Source of the DNA: Armatimonadia bacterium
GTDB taxonomy: Bacteria; Armatimonadota; Zipacnadia; Zipacnadales; UBA11051
Length of the DNA: 12,755 nucleotides
Direction of reading: 5' to 3'
Assembly (NCBI GenBank): GCA_039683575.1
Contig: JBDKRC010000191.1
Span: 1-12,755, forward strand
The position numbers were made by a program, and so were the translations under genes. Under the pieces are notes generated by a model. That model was not told where the DNA came from. It made no database searches and saw nothing but the letters and a program-made list of their open reading frames with translations. Below are positions 1 through 6,966 of this stretch, in pieces (position 1 is the first letter of the stretch; each line of letters starts with the position of its first letter).

Positions 1-39
1 CCACGAAGAAACATACTTGCCGATCAGATCGTCTGTCAT
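1..39 (-). CDS. Probable 5' end of a gene running off the window (MTDDLIGKYVSSW...), possibly leaderless; product unknown
   Basis: ATG at 39-37 is open to the window edge and lies 6 nt downstream of a -10-like TATGCT with no SD, as expected for a leaderless mRNA. Only 13 codons are visible. Confidence 0.4.
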   Translation of the reverse strand, partial: MTDDLIGKYVSSW

Positions 40-45
40 GCCCCA

Positions 46-74
46 AGCATAACGCAAACCTAGACAAATGTCTA
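46..74 (-). promoter_or_regulatory. Sigma70-like promoter TAGACA-N17-TATGCT
   Basis: Minus strand: TAGACA (74-69, 5/6 match to TTGACA), 17-nt spacer, TATGCT (51-46, 4/6 match to TATAAT). Confidence 0.45.
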
Positions 75-77
75 GAC
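60..77. promoter_or_regulatory. Palindromic operator candidate (GntR/HutC-type GTCTAGAC core)
   Basis: CTAGACA-AA-TGTCTAG inverted repeat (60-75) overlaps the palindrome GTCTAGAC (70-77); the site overlaps the -35 of the promoter above. Confidence 0.45.
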
Positions 78-126
78 TCCTTCTGCAGAAAAAACGAAGA
101 CCAATTGTCAAAGTGCGAAATAGGAG

Positions 127-267
127 AGGATGCCGCTCGTACGGCTTGAGACGGTCGTGTTGCTATTCGTACAGCCCTTGGCGAGACGTTTTGGCGTGCG
201 TCGTGCCGCCCGGCTGGAAGCCGGGCTCTATTGGCGTTACCTCGCGGCAGGATGCCGCTCGTACGGC
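127..267. repeat. REP-like palindrome cluster 1
   Basis: 19-bp direct repeat AGGATGCCGCTCGTACGGC (127-145, 249-267); hairpins GCCCGGC-TGGAA-GCCGGGC (208-226) and GCGGCA-GGA-TGCCGC followed by TCGTAC (242-264). Confidence 0.75.
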
Positions 268-272
268 CTTAC

Positions 273-1409
273 TCAGTCCGTGACGTCCGTCCACTGGCCG
301 GTCCCGGCGCTTTGGCGGATGGCTTCGTCTATGGCCTGGGTCTTCACGCCATCGTAGAGGGTCGCGTTGCCCAGGCGGCTTTCGGTGACGGCGCTCAGGA
401 AATCATAGATGCAGTGGGCGTGGAAGCGCATCCAGCCGATTGGGAGCTTGGGGGAGGGGAGGGCGTTGGGCTTCGGGTAGCGCTGGATGCACTCGATCTG
501 GGTCCAGCCGCGCCGACCGCCGAGGTCGGCTTCGGGGACCGTGGCGTCGTAGGCGTACAGGTAGTTCGGGTCCATCATGTCGAACTTCAGCGCGCCCTTT
601 TCGCCGTAGATTTCGAAGGTCAGGCCGTCCTGGGTGCCCGTGGCGAAGCGGGAAGCCTCGATGAAGCCCAGGGCGCCGTCTTGCATGCGGGCCTGGAGGG
701 CTACGTAGTCGTCTACCTCAACCGGAACCATGTCGGCCGAGCCCTTGGCCGCGGGGCGCTGTTTGACGAAGGTCTCGGTCGTGGCGCGGACGGACTGGTA
801 ATCGCCGATGACATAGCGGATAAGGTCGATAATGTGGCTGCCGAGGTCGCTCAGGGCGCCGCCGCCGGCTTCCTTGGAGAGACGCCAGGAGAGGGGCCGG
901 GAGGGGTCGGTGTAGCCAGCGTGGTAGTAGGTGGCGCGGAAGTGGTAGACGCGGCCAAGGAAGCCCTCCTGGACAAGCTGGCGGGCGCGCATGGTGGCGG
1001 GGATGAAGCGCATGTGGAAGGCCATGCCGTGCGTGAGGTGCGAGTGGGCGGCGGCGGCAGCGGCGATCTCGCGGGCACAGTCGAGGGTGGTGGTCAGCGG
1101 CTTGTCGCAGTAGACGTGTTTGCCCGCCTCGAAGGCGCGGAGGATCTCGTCGTGGTGCAGGTCGTTGGGGGTGGCGATGTCTATGACGTCAATGGCGGGA
1201 TCGTCGAGCAGGGCCTGGAATTCCGTGGTGCCGTAGTCGAAGTCGCCCAGTTCGGCGGCCGCGGCAGCCGTGTTGGCCTTGCTGGTGCAGACGCCGAGCA
1301 TCTTCACCTTCGCCGGTGCGGGGTTGTAGAAGAGCGGGAGGTTGCGGTAGCCGTAGAGATGGACCTTGCCGATGAAGCCGAAGCCAACGATGCCGACGCC
1401 GAGTTGCAT
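273..1409 (-). CDS. Gfo/Idh/MocA family NAD(P)-dependent oxidoreductase (378 aa)
   Basis: Rossmann motif VGIVGFGFIG, plus IATPNDLH, GKHVYCDKP and GGGALSDLGSHIID. Start re-assigned to ATG 1409, preceded by SD-like AGGTG; the ORF extension to 1676 translates repeat DNA. Confidence 0.95.
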   Translation of the reverse strand: MQLGVGIVGFGFIGKVHLYGYRNLPLFYNPAPAKVKMLGVCTSKANTAAAAAELGDFDYGTTEFQALLDDPAIDVIDIATPNDLHHDEILRAFEAGKHVYCDKPLTTTLDCAREIAAAAAAHSHLTHGMAFHMRFIPATMRARQLVQEGFLGRVYHFRATYYHAGYTDPSRPLSWRLSKEAGGGALSDLGSHIIDLIRYVIGDYQSVRATTETFVKQRPAAKGSADMVPVEVDDYVALQARMQDGALGFIEASRFATGTQDGLTFEIYGEKGALKFDMMDPNYLYAYDATVPEADLGGRRGWTQIECIQRYPKPNALPSPKLPIGWMRFHAHCIYDFLSAVTESRLGNATLYDGVKTQAIDEAIRQSAGTGQWTDVTD

Positions 1410-1498
1410 GTGGATCACCTGTGTTTGGGGCTGTGGAGGAGGGAGGTTCGGCGTGGAGAGGGGGAGGTCCTTCACGTGAGGGGCGGGTGGGAGGCTGA

Positions 1499-1584
1499 CG
1501 CCCCTTCGGGGCTCAGGGTGATTTGCTGCCGGGTACCAGGGCCTTGCGGCCCTGGTTAGAGGCCGGACGGCCCTTCGGGCCTGA
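1499..1584. repeat. 86-bp three-hairpin REP-like module, copy 1
   Basis: CGCCCCTTCGGGGCTCA-N19-ACCAGGGCCTTGCGGCCCTGG(T/C)TAGA-N5-GACGGCCCTTCGGGCCTGA; second copy at 3390-3475. Confidence 0.9.
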
Positions 1585-1686
1585 CGGCAACGGCAAAGGC
1601 AACGGCGGGCGGGCAGGATGCCCGCGCACCTACGGCTAGGCCACGACCAACGGCCAACGGCTACGACCACGGCCAACGGCTACGGC
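1584..1686. repeat. Degenerate ACGGC(A/T/C) tandem repeats surrounding a REP-like hairpin
   Basis: acggcaacggcaaaggcaacggc ... caacggccaacggctacgaccacggccaacggctacggc; embedded GCGGGCA-GGA-TGCCCGC-GCACCTAC at 1609-1633. Confidence 0.7.
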
Positions 1687-1687
1687 A

Positions 1688-1725
1688 GGGCCGGATGACC
1701 ACTTGAGGCTGTGGTCATTCGGCCC
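1688..1725. other. Strong stem-loop (15-bp stem, one G-U pair) without a U-tract
   Basis: GGGCCGGATGACCAC-TTGAGGCT-GTGGTCATTCGGCCC. Confidence 0.6.
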
Positions 1726-1752
1726 CTCCTTGCGGAGACGGCTCGGAGGGGT

Positions 1753-1781
1753 TTGCAGGAAACGGAGAAGGTATGTAGAAT
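1753..1781 (+). promoter_or_regulatory. Sigma70-like promoter of the ROK gene
   Basis: TTGCAG (1753-1758)-N17-TAGAAT (1776-1781), about 40 nt upstream of the start codon. Confidence 0.65.
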
Positions 1782-1822
1782 GGTGCCTGACCGGCTTTCA
1801 ACGATGAGAGGATGAGCTTGTG

Positions 1823-3259
1823 ATGAGTGACGCTTTTGAATTGATCGAACCGTTTTTCACGCCGCCGCTGGACACGGATTTCCGGCCGGCCGTTTTGGCC
1901 AACCATGCCTTTGTGGCAGCTTGCAAGGATTCCGGGCAGTGCGAGCCGCTGAAGATCGCTCTGGTGCGGGCGGATGGATCCGTTTCGACGTATGAGACCG
2001 TGTGCTACTCCGAGGGCCATCCGAGCTTCCGTGCCAACATGCAGTATGTCGAGCGGCTGGTGAAGTTCCTGCTGTGGCAGAAGGGCGGCTGGAAGGTCAT
2101 CATCGGCGGGCCGCAGCCCGTTGGCGAGTACATCAAGGGCGTCTATTCGGCCGACGGCGAGCAGGCTTTTGACTTTGAGTTCATGGGCGGCGTGTACGAG
2201 CATGAATTCACCGTGGAGATCACCGACGCGGCGAGCGTGCCGGACACCAGGGAAGACACCATGCCCCTCGGGCGGCATCTGGATGGCTGCCGGATTGGCA
2301 TCGACCTCGGCGGCAGCGACTACAAGCTGGCCGCAGTGAACAATGGTGAGGCAGTCTGGGCCGACGAGTTCCCGTGGGACCCCAAGACGCAGACCGATCC
2401 CGCGTATCACTATGAGCGGATCATGGCGGGGCTGAAGGAAGCGGCTTCGAAGCTGCCGTGCGTGGATGCCATCGGCGGCAGCGCGGCTGGCGTTTGGATC
2501 AATGACCGCGTGCGCGTGGCGTCGCTGTTCCGCGGCATTCCCAAGGACCTGTTCAACTCGCAGGTCAAGGACATGTTCGTGAAGATCGGCGAGGAGTGGG
2601 GCGTGCCGCTGACCATCGTCAATGACGGTGAAGTGACCGCGCTGGCCGGGTCGATGGACATGGGCGTCAACGCGGTGCTCGGCATTGCGATGGGCACCAG
2701 CGAGGCGGCAGGGTATGTTACGCCCGACGGCAACATCACCAGCTGGCTGAACGAGCTGGCCTTCGCGCCGATTGACTACTCCCCGAATGCACCGGCAGAC
2801 GAATGGTCCGGCGACAAGGGCTGTGGCGTGCAGTACTTCAACCAGACCGGCGTGGCCCGCATGGCCGAGGCGGCGGGGATTGAGTTCGAAGAGGGTCTCG
2901 GCCTGCCCGAGAAGCTGGTCGTGGTGCAGAAGCTCATGGCGGACGGCGACGAGCGCGTCGTGCCGATCTATGAGACCATCGGCACATGGTTCGGGTATGC
3001 GCTGGCGCACTATGCGGACTTCTATGATGTGGGATACTGCCTGATCTTGGGCCGCGCAACCAGCGGCGATGGCGGGCAGATCATCCTCAGCGAGGCCGAG
3101 AAGGTCCTGGAGGGCGAATTCCCGGAATTGTACGACAAGATCAAGCTGTCCATCCCTGACGAGAAGAGCCGGCGGACGGGGCAGTCAGTGGCGGCGGCGA
3201 GCCTGCCGGCGATCCCGAAGGCCAAGTGCGGTTGTGGGTGTGGGTGCGGGAAAGGCTAG
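1823..3259 (+). CDS. ROK family protein (probable sugar kinase) with an N-terminal extension and a Cys-rich C-terminal tail
   Basis: Phosphate-1 motif IGIDLGGSDYK, plus VNDGEVTALA and GIAMGTSEAAG. SD GAGGA at 1808-1812; start is ATG 1823 or GTG 1820. Ends in KAKCGCGCGCGKG. Confidence 0.92.
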   Translation: MSDAFELIEPFFTPPLDTDFRPAVLANHAFVAACKDSGQCEPLKIALVRADGSVSTYETVCYSEGHPSFRANMQYVERLVKFLLWQKGGWKVIIGGPQPVGEYIKGVYSADGEQAFDFEFMGGVYEHEFTVEITDAASVPDTREDTMPLGRHLDGCRIGIDLGGSDYKLAAVNNGEAVWADEFPWDPKTQTDPAYHYERIMAGLKEAASKLPCVDAIGGSAAGVWINDRVRVASLFRGIPKDLFNSQVKDMFVKIGEEWGVPLTIVNDGEVTALAGSMDMGVNAVLGIAMGTSEAAGYVTPDGNITSWLNELAFAPIDYSPNAPADEWSGDKGCGVQYFNQTGVARMAEAAGIEFEEGLGLPEKLVVVQKLMADGDERVVPIYETIGTWFGYALAHYADFYDVGYCLILGRATSGDGGQIILSEAEKVLEGEFPELYDKIKLSIPDEKSRRTGQSVAAASLPAIPKAKCGCGCGCGKG

Positions 3260-3267
3260 GCGAGAAG

Positions 3268-3330
3268 GACAGGATGGACAGGATGGGGACGGCGATTGAC
3301 AGGATGTAAGGATAGAAGGATGGGGAGGAT
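3268..3330. repeat. Purine-rich short tandem repeats (GACAGGATG x3; AGGAT x6)
   Basis: GACAGGATG at 3268, 3277 and 3298; AGGAT at 3271, 3280, 3301, 3309, 3317 and 3326. Confidence 0.6.
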
Positions 3331-3389
3331 GGGAAGGGGGACGAGGTGGGGTCTGAGCCGGATGATCCGCGCATCCATAGAAGCGCTGT

Positions 3390-3532
3390 CGCCCCTTCGG
3401 GGCTCAAAGGCATAGTGACCATGGCACCAGGGCCTTGCGGCCCTGGCTAGATGCTTGACGGCCCTTCGGGCCTGATGGCGAGAGACGACCAGAGGCGGGC
3501 AGGGATGCCCGCGCTCCACACGGCGAGAGACG
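3390..3532. repeat. 86-bp three-hairpin module copy 2 (3390-3475) plus a REP-like hairpin (3495-3519)
   Basis: Same modules and spacer lengths as 1499-1584. Followed by GCGGGCA-GGGA-TGCCCGC-GCTCCAC, which is bracketed by the 11-bp direct repeat GGCGAGAGACG (3477-3487, 3522-3532). Confidence 0.9.
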
Positions 3533-3544
3533 GGTTACCCTACG

Positions 3545-3573
3545 GGGGCGCAACTTGTGTGCGCCCCTTTTTT
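3545..3573 (+). terminator. Intrinsic terminator-like hairpin directly before the next gene's RBS
   Basis: GGGGCGCA-ACTTGTG-TGCGCCCC followed by TTTTTT. Confidence 0.75.
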
Positions 3574-3588
3574 ATGGAGGAGATGGCC

Positions 3589-5745
3589 ATGATTGGTGAC
3601 CGGGTTCTGATCGGAGCCAGTGCCGGGCCGGGGGTTGCCGGGCTTCAGGTTGTCGAGGGGCTGCGGCTGGGGAATTGCGTGCTTTGTGATCTGCCCAATG
3701 ACCTGCAGGAGGGGCTGGCGATGGCGCGGTTTTGCCGGGAGCGGCAGATCGTGCTGTTTCTGTCGGAGCTGGTCTTCCGGGGCAGCAAGGACCTGTGGCG
3801 GCCGAGTAAGCAGCGGCTGGCGCGGGAGGAGTGTTTGTCGCGGGAAGAGATCAACTCGATCATCGCCGAGGCCGGGGAGTGGTATGGGGGCAGAATGACC
3901 ATCGGGGAGTCGGGCGGGGTGCTTTACTGGCCGAAGCACTACCTGCGGCGCGGGGCGGAGGTGGCCTTTGTGAGCCTGCCGGAGTGCGAGACGATGCTGG
4001 AGGCGCGGGAGGCTTACGTCGAGTACCTGAAGGACTTCATTGACTTTGAGCGGGAGAGCGTCAGCGACGGGCCGTTGATGAATGTGGACTCGAGCCTCGT
4101 ATTCAAATATCACGCCGAGGCGGGGATCGATGTGTTTTGCCATGAGGCGCTGCCAGGGGACCCGCACCGCATGCAGGCGGCGATACGCGGGGCGGCGCGG
4201 GCGTATGGCAAGCCGTGGGGGACGCATATCGCGATGGGGTGGTATGGTGGAGTAACGGTGGATAAGCTGTGGATGAAGCGGTGGAAAAGCAGTGTATATC
4301 ATTGCTATCTCACAGGGTCGGAGTTCATCTATCCCGAGAGCGGGCATCTGGCGCTGACCGAGCATCAGACGCAGAAGCGCTATGAGCCGCTGAGTGAGGA
4401 GATGCGGGAGGCGCGGCGGATACTGCGGGAGGCTTACCAGTTTTCGCTGGTGCATACGCGCCCGGCGGGCGGGCCGAAAGTGCGGCTGGGAATCGTGTAT
4501 GGCTATGGGGACGGGGCGCCGGGGCTGTGGAACCCGTATGCGTGGGGGCAGACGCATGAGGAGAAGTGGCTGGCGGGGGCGCCGGAGGCTGGCTGGGAGC
4601 TGGTAGATGGGCTGCACCGGCGGGAGGAGTGGAGCAACTACAGTGTGCAGGGAGAGGTGGACTGGTCGGGCAACCCGCCGTATGGGCAGTATGATATCGT
4701 GCCGATAGAGGCCGAGGTTGAGGTGCTGAAGCGGTACGGGTGCCTGGTGTTTGTGGGGTGGAACACCATGACCGAGGAGATCTATGGGAAGCTGAAGGAG
4801 TACGTGGCGGGAGGCGGGCGGCTGCTGATGTTCCTGCCGCAGCTTCGGGAGGACGCGGATCGCGGGGCAAAACCGGTGCTGTATGCGAACGGAGACTTCA
4901 GCGACCTGTTTGGTGTTAGGGTGACAGGAAAGGGCACGAAGGACGTGCGCGGGGTGAAGTTCCTGGCGCAGTCGTCGGTGCCGGAGTACCGGTTGCCGGT
5001 GGCGGATGTCCAGTGTGACCCGCGGTTCCTCGGCAACTTCACGCCGGCGGGGCTGGAAGTGACGACAGCGCGGGTGCTGGTGGGGCATGACGTGCTGTTT
5101 GGAGCGGAGGCGGAGCAGCTTGCGCGGCAGCCTGTGGTGGTGGAGAATAAGGTCGGGGACGGCCTGGCGATGCTGGTGACGCTGTTTGAGTACCCGGCGG
5201 ATGAGGCGGTCGTGGGGCTGACGCGGGAGCTACTGCGGGTGGTGTCGGCGGGCGAGCAGGGGGAAGTGCGGGTGCTGGGGAGCGACCGGGTGCGGTGGGC
5301 GGTGTATGAGGCGCCGGAGGGGGCGCAGGTGCTGTACCTGCTGAATACCGACCCCGATTGCGCGGCGCCGGTGCGGGTGTGGGTCGAGGGGCGGCTAAGC
5401 GAGGAGTTCACCGTACCGGCCAACGAGATGGTGGTGGCGTACCGGCTGGGCGAGGTGCTGGTGGTGGCGGAGGACAAGTGCGTGGAGCTACAGCGGTGGG
5501 AGGGGAACGAGGGGGAGGTTGAGCTGTCCGTATATAGTGTGCGCGGGCAGGCGCTGGGGGTGCATAGTGTGGGTGACGAGGCGCGGGTGGTGAAGGTGAA
5601 CGGGACGGCAGTGGCGGTTGGCGCGGGCGAGGCGGCGGAGGTTGAGATCGAGCGGCGGGAGGCGCCGGGTGGGGCGGGGTATGCGGAGGACTTCCTGGTG
5701 GAGCCGGAGTTGGGTGTGGAGATCGATCCCAAGACGTCGTATTGA
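3589..5745 (+). CDS. Uncharacterised 718-aa protein, probably glycoside-hydrolase-like (TIM barrel, then a GH42-trimerisation/class-I-GATase-like domain, then a beta-rich C-terminus)
   Basis: Long ORF with SD GGAGG (3576-3580) 8 nt before ATG 3589. The segment GQYDIVPIEA...YGCLVFVGWNTMTEEIYGKLKEYVAGGGRLLMF resembles beta-galactosidase trimerisation domains. Function is inferred only. Confidence 0.85.
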   Translation: MIGDRVLIGASAGPGVAGLQVVEGLRLGNCVLCDLPNDLQEGLAMARFCRERQIVLFLSELVFRGSKDLWRPSKQRLAREECLSREEINSIIAEAGEWYGGRMTIGESGGVLYWPKHYLRRGAEVAFVSLPECETMLEAREAYVEYLKDFIDFERESVSDGPLMNVDSSLVFKYHAEAGIDVFCHEALPGDPHRMQAAIRGAARAYGKPWGTHIAMGWYGGVTVDKLWMKRWKSSVYHCYLTGSEFIYPESGHLALTEHQTQKRYEPLSEEMREARRILREAYQFSLVHTRPAGGPKVRLGIVYGYGDGAPGLWNPYAWGQTHEEKWLAGAPEAGWELVDGLHRREEWSNYSVQGEVDWSGNPPYGQYDIVPIEAEVEVLKRYGCLVFVGWNTMTEEIYGKLKEYVAGGGRLLMFLPQLREDADRGAKPVLYANGDFSDLFGVRVTGKGTKDVRGVKFLAQSSVPEYRLPVADVQCDPRFLGNFTPAGLEVTTARVLVGHDVLFGAEAEQLARQPVVVENKVGDGLAMLVTLFEYPADEAVVGLTRELLRVVSAGEQGEVRVLGSDRVRWAVYEAPEGAQVLYLLNTDPDCAAPVRVWVEGRLSEEFTVPANEMVVAYRLGEVLVVAEDKCVELQRWEGNEGEVELSVYSVRGQALGVHSVGDEARVVKVNGTAVAVGAGEAAEVEIERREAPGGAGYAEDFLVEPELGVEIDPKTSY

Positions 5746-5814
5746 GGGATCGATGAGGCAGGATTCCCTGTGCCCGATAGCGAAATGGGCGAATCGTCAG
5801 GTAGCCGGGAGTGG

Positions 5815-5934
5815 TCGCGATCGGTGATTGCTCGTACAGAGGGGGCTAGTGAGAGAAGTCGCGGCGACCGCCCAGGCAGTCGCACGGCGATCGCTCGTAC
5901 AAATGGAAAATCGCGGTCTGGTGACCGCTCCTAC
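5815..5934. repeat. REP-like palindrome cluster
   Basis: TCGCGATC-GGT-GATTGC-TCGTAC (5815-5837), GCTCGTAC (5893-5900) and TCGCGGTC-TGGT-GACCGC-TCCTAC (5911-5934), which reads GTAGGAGCGG... on the - strand. Confidence 0.75.
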
Positions 5935-6005
5935 AGGCAGCCGTGTTGGCTGTCAGGCGGCCTTGTTGGCTGTCTATGATTGAACTTCGGAAAGTGGTGT
6001 TTGAG

Positions 6006-6854
6006 ATGCAACTAAAGAATTCGGGCGCTCAGCTTTTTGTTCCTGATGGCACTGAGGCTGGCGCCGCTATCGCGCGGACTACCGAGATGGCGATCATGGC
6101 CCATCAGGATGACATCGGCATCGGCGCGATGTATGGCATTTTGCAGTGCTTCGGCAAGACCGACGCATGGTTCTCCGGCATGTGCGTGACCAACGGCGCC
6201 GGCAGCCCGCGTGATGATCTGTATGCGGACTACACCGACGAGCAGATGCGCCTGGTTCGGGCCGAGGAAGAGAAGAAGGCGGCGTTTGTGGGCGAATACG
6301 GGACCTGCTTCCTGCTCGACTACCCGAGCTCGGCGGTCAAGGACGCGGCGAACCCGGACCTGACGGCAGAGCTAGTGGAGATTCTCAAGGCCGCGAAGCC
6401 GAAGGTCATCTATACCCACAACCTCGCGGACAAGCATGACACCCATGTGGCCGTGGCGCTGCGGGTAATCGCGGCCTTGCGGCAGCTTCCGGCGGACGCT
6501 CAGCCCGAGGCCGTGTGGGGCTGCGAGGTCTGGCGCGATCTGGACTGGATGACTGACGATGACAAGGTGCTGCTGGACTGCACGCCGCATGAGAACCTGG
6601 CGGCGGCGGTTATGGGCGCGTATGACTCGCAGATCTGTGGCGGCAAGCGGTACGACCTGGCGACGGCCGGGCGGCGCAAAGCCCACGCGACGTACTTCGC
6701 CAGCCACGGCGTTGACGCCAGCCAGTCGCTGAACTTCGGGATGGACCTGACGCCGCTGATCAAGGACGCAAGCATGGCTCCGGCAGACCTGCTGGCCCAG
6801 TACATCAAGAGCTTCACGGACGAAGTGATGGCCCGCGTCGCCAAGATGAGCTAG
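6006..6854 (+). CDS. PIG-L/LmbE family metal-dependent N-deacetylase (282 aa)
   Basis: Motifs AHQDD, VTNGAGS, R..E, IYTH..ADKHDTH and SQI. Start assigned to ATG 6006 (MQLKN). Confidence 0.92.
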   Translation: MQLKNSGAQLFVPDGTEAGAAIARTTEMAIMAHQDDIGIGAMYGILQCFGKTDAWFSGMCVTNGAGSPRDDLYADYTDEQMRLVRAEEEKKAAFVGEYGTCFLLDYPSSAVKDAANPDLTAELVEILKAAKPKVIYTHNLADKHDTHVAVALRVIAALRQLPADAQPEAVWGCEVWRDLDWMTDDDKVLLDCTPHENLAAAVMGAYDSQICGGKRYDLATAGRRKAHATYFASHGVDASQSLNFGMDLTPLIKDASMAPADLLAQYIKSFTDEVMARVAKMS

Positions 6855-6882
6855 GGTTCATTGAGTCTCGTTCAGCGATTCC

Positions 6883-6902
6883 GGCATGCAGAGCATGCCT
6901 AC
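6883..6902. repeat. REP-like hairpin
   Basis: GGCATGC-AGA-GCATGCC-TAC, which reads GTAGGCATGC... on the - strand. Confidence 0.55.
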
Positions 6903-6907
6903 CACGC

Positions 6908-6951
6908 GAACAACAGGCGTGCCTTCTTTGCAGGGCACGCCTGATTTGTTC
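6908..6951 (+). terminator. Terminator-like hairpin directly before the C45 gene RBS
   Basis: CAGGCGTGCC (6914-6923) pairs with GGCACGCCTG (6934-6943), followed by ATTTGTT; the stem can extend with GAACAA/TTGTTC. Confidence 0.55.
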
Positions 6952-6966
6952 ATGGGGAGAGTTCAT

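Noticed and set aside
127-267. Direct repeats as a possible mini-CRISPR
   Set aside because: Only two 19-bp copies 122 bp apart, no cas genes, and they match the dispersed REP-like family.
231-1559. 442-aa + strand ORF
   Set aside because: Antisense shadow of the motif-bearing Gfo/Idh/MocA gene, typical of GC-rich DNA.
1715-3010. 431-aa - strand ORF
   Set aside because: Antisense shadow of the ROK gene with no motifs.
3296-3301. Perfect TTGACA hexamers (also + 11111-11116 and - 111-106)
   Set aside because: No plausible -10 at 16-18 nt spacing.
3535-5885. 517-aa, 367-aa and 181-aa - strand ORFs
   Set aside because: Low-complexity Pro/Arg/His- or Ser/Thr-rich shadows of the 718-aa gene.
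5944-5980. TGTTGGCTGTC duplicated (5944-5954, 5964-5974) followed by TATGAT, as a promoter/operator
   Set aside because: No matching -35 or extended -10; insufficient support.
6099-6130. PIG-L motif AHQDDIG lacks the Glu that usually follows, suggesting possible inactivation
   Set aside because: The metal-ligand His/Asp and the downstream HDTH are intact and the ORF is uninterrupted.
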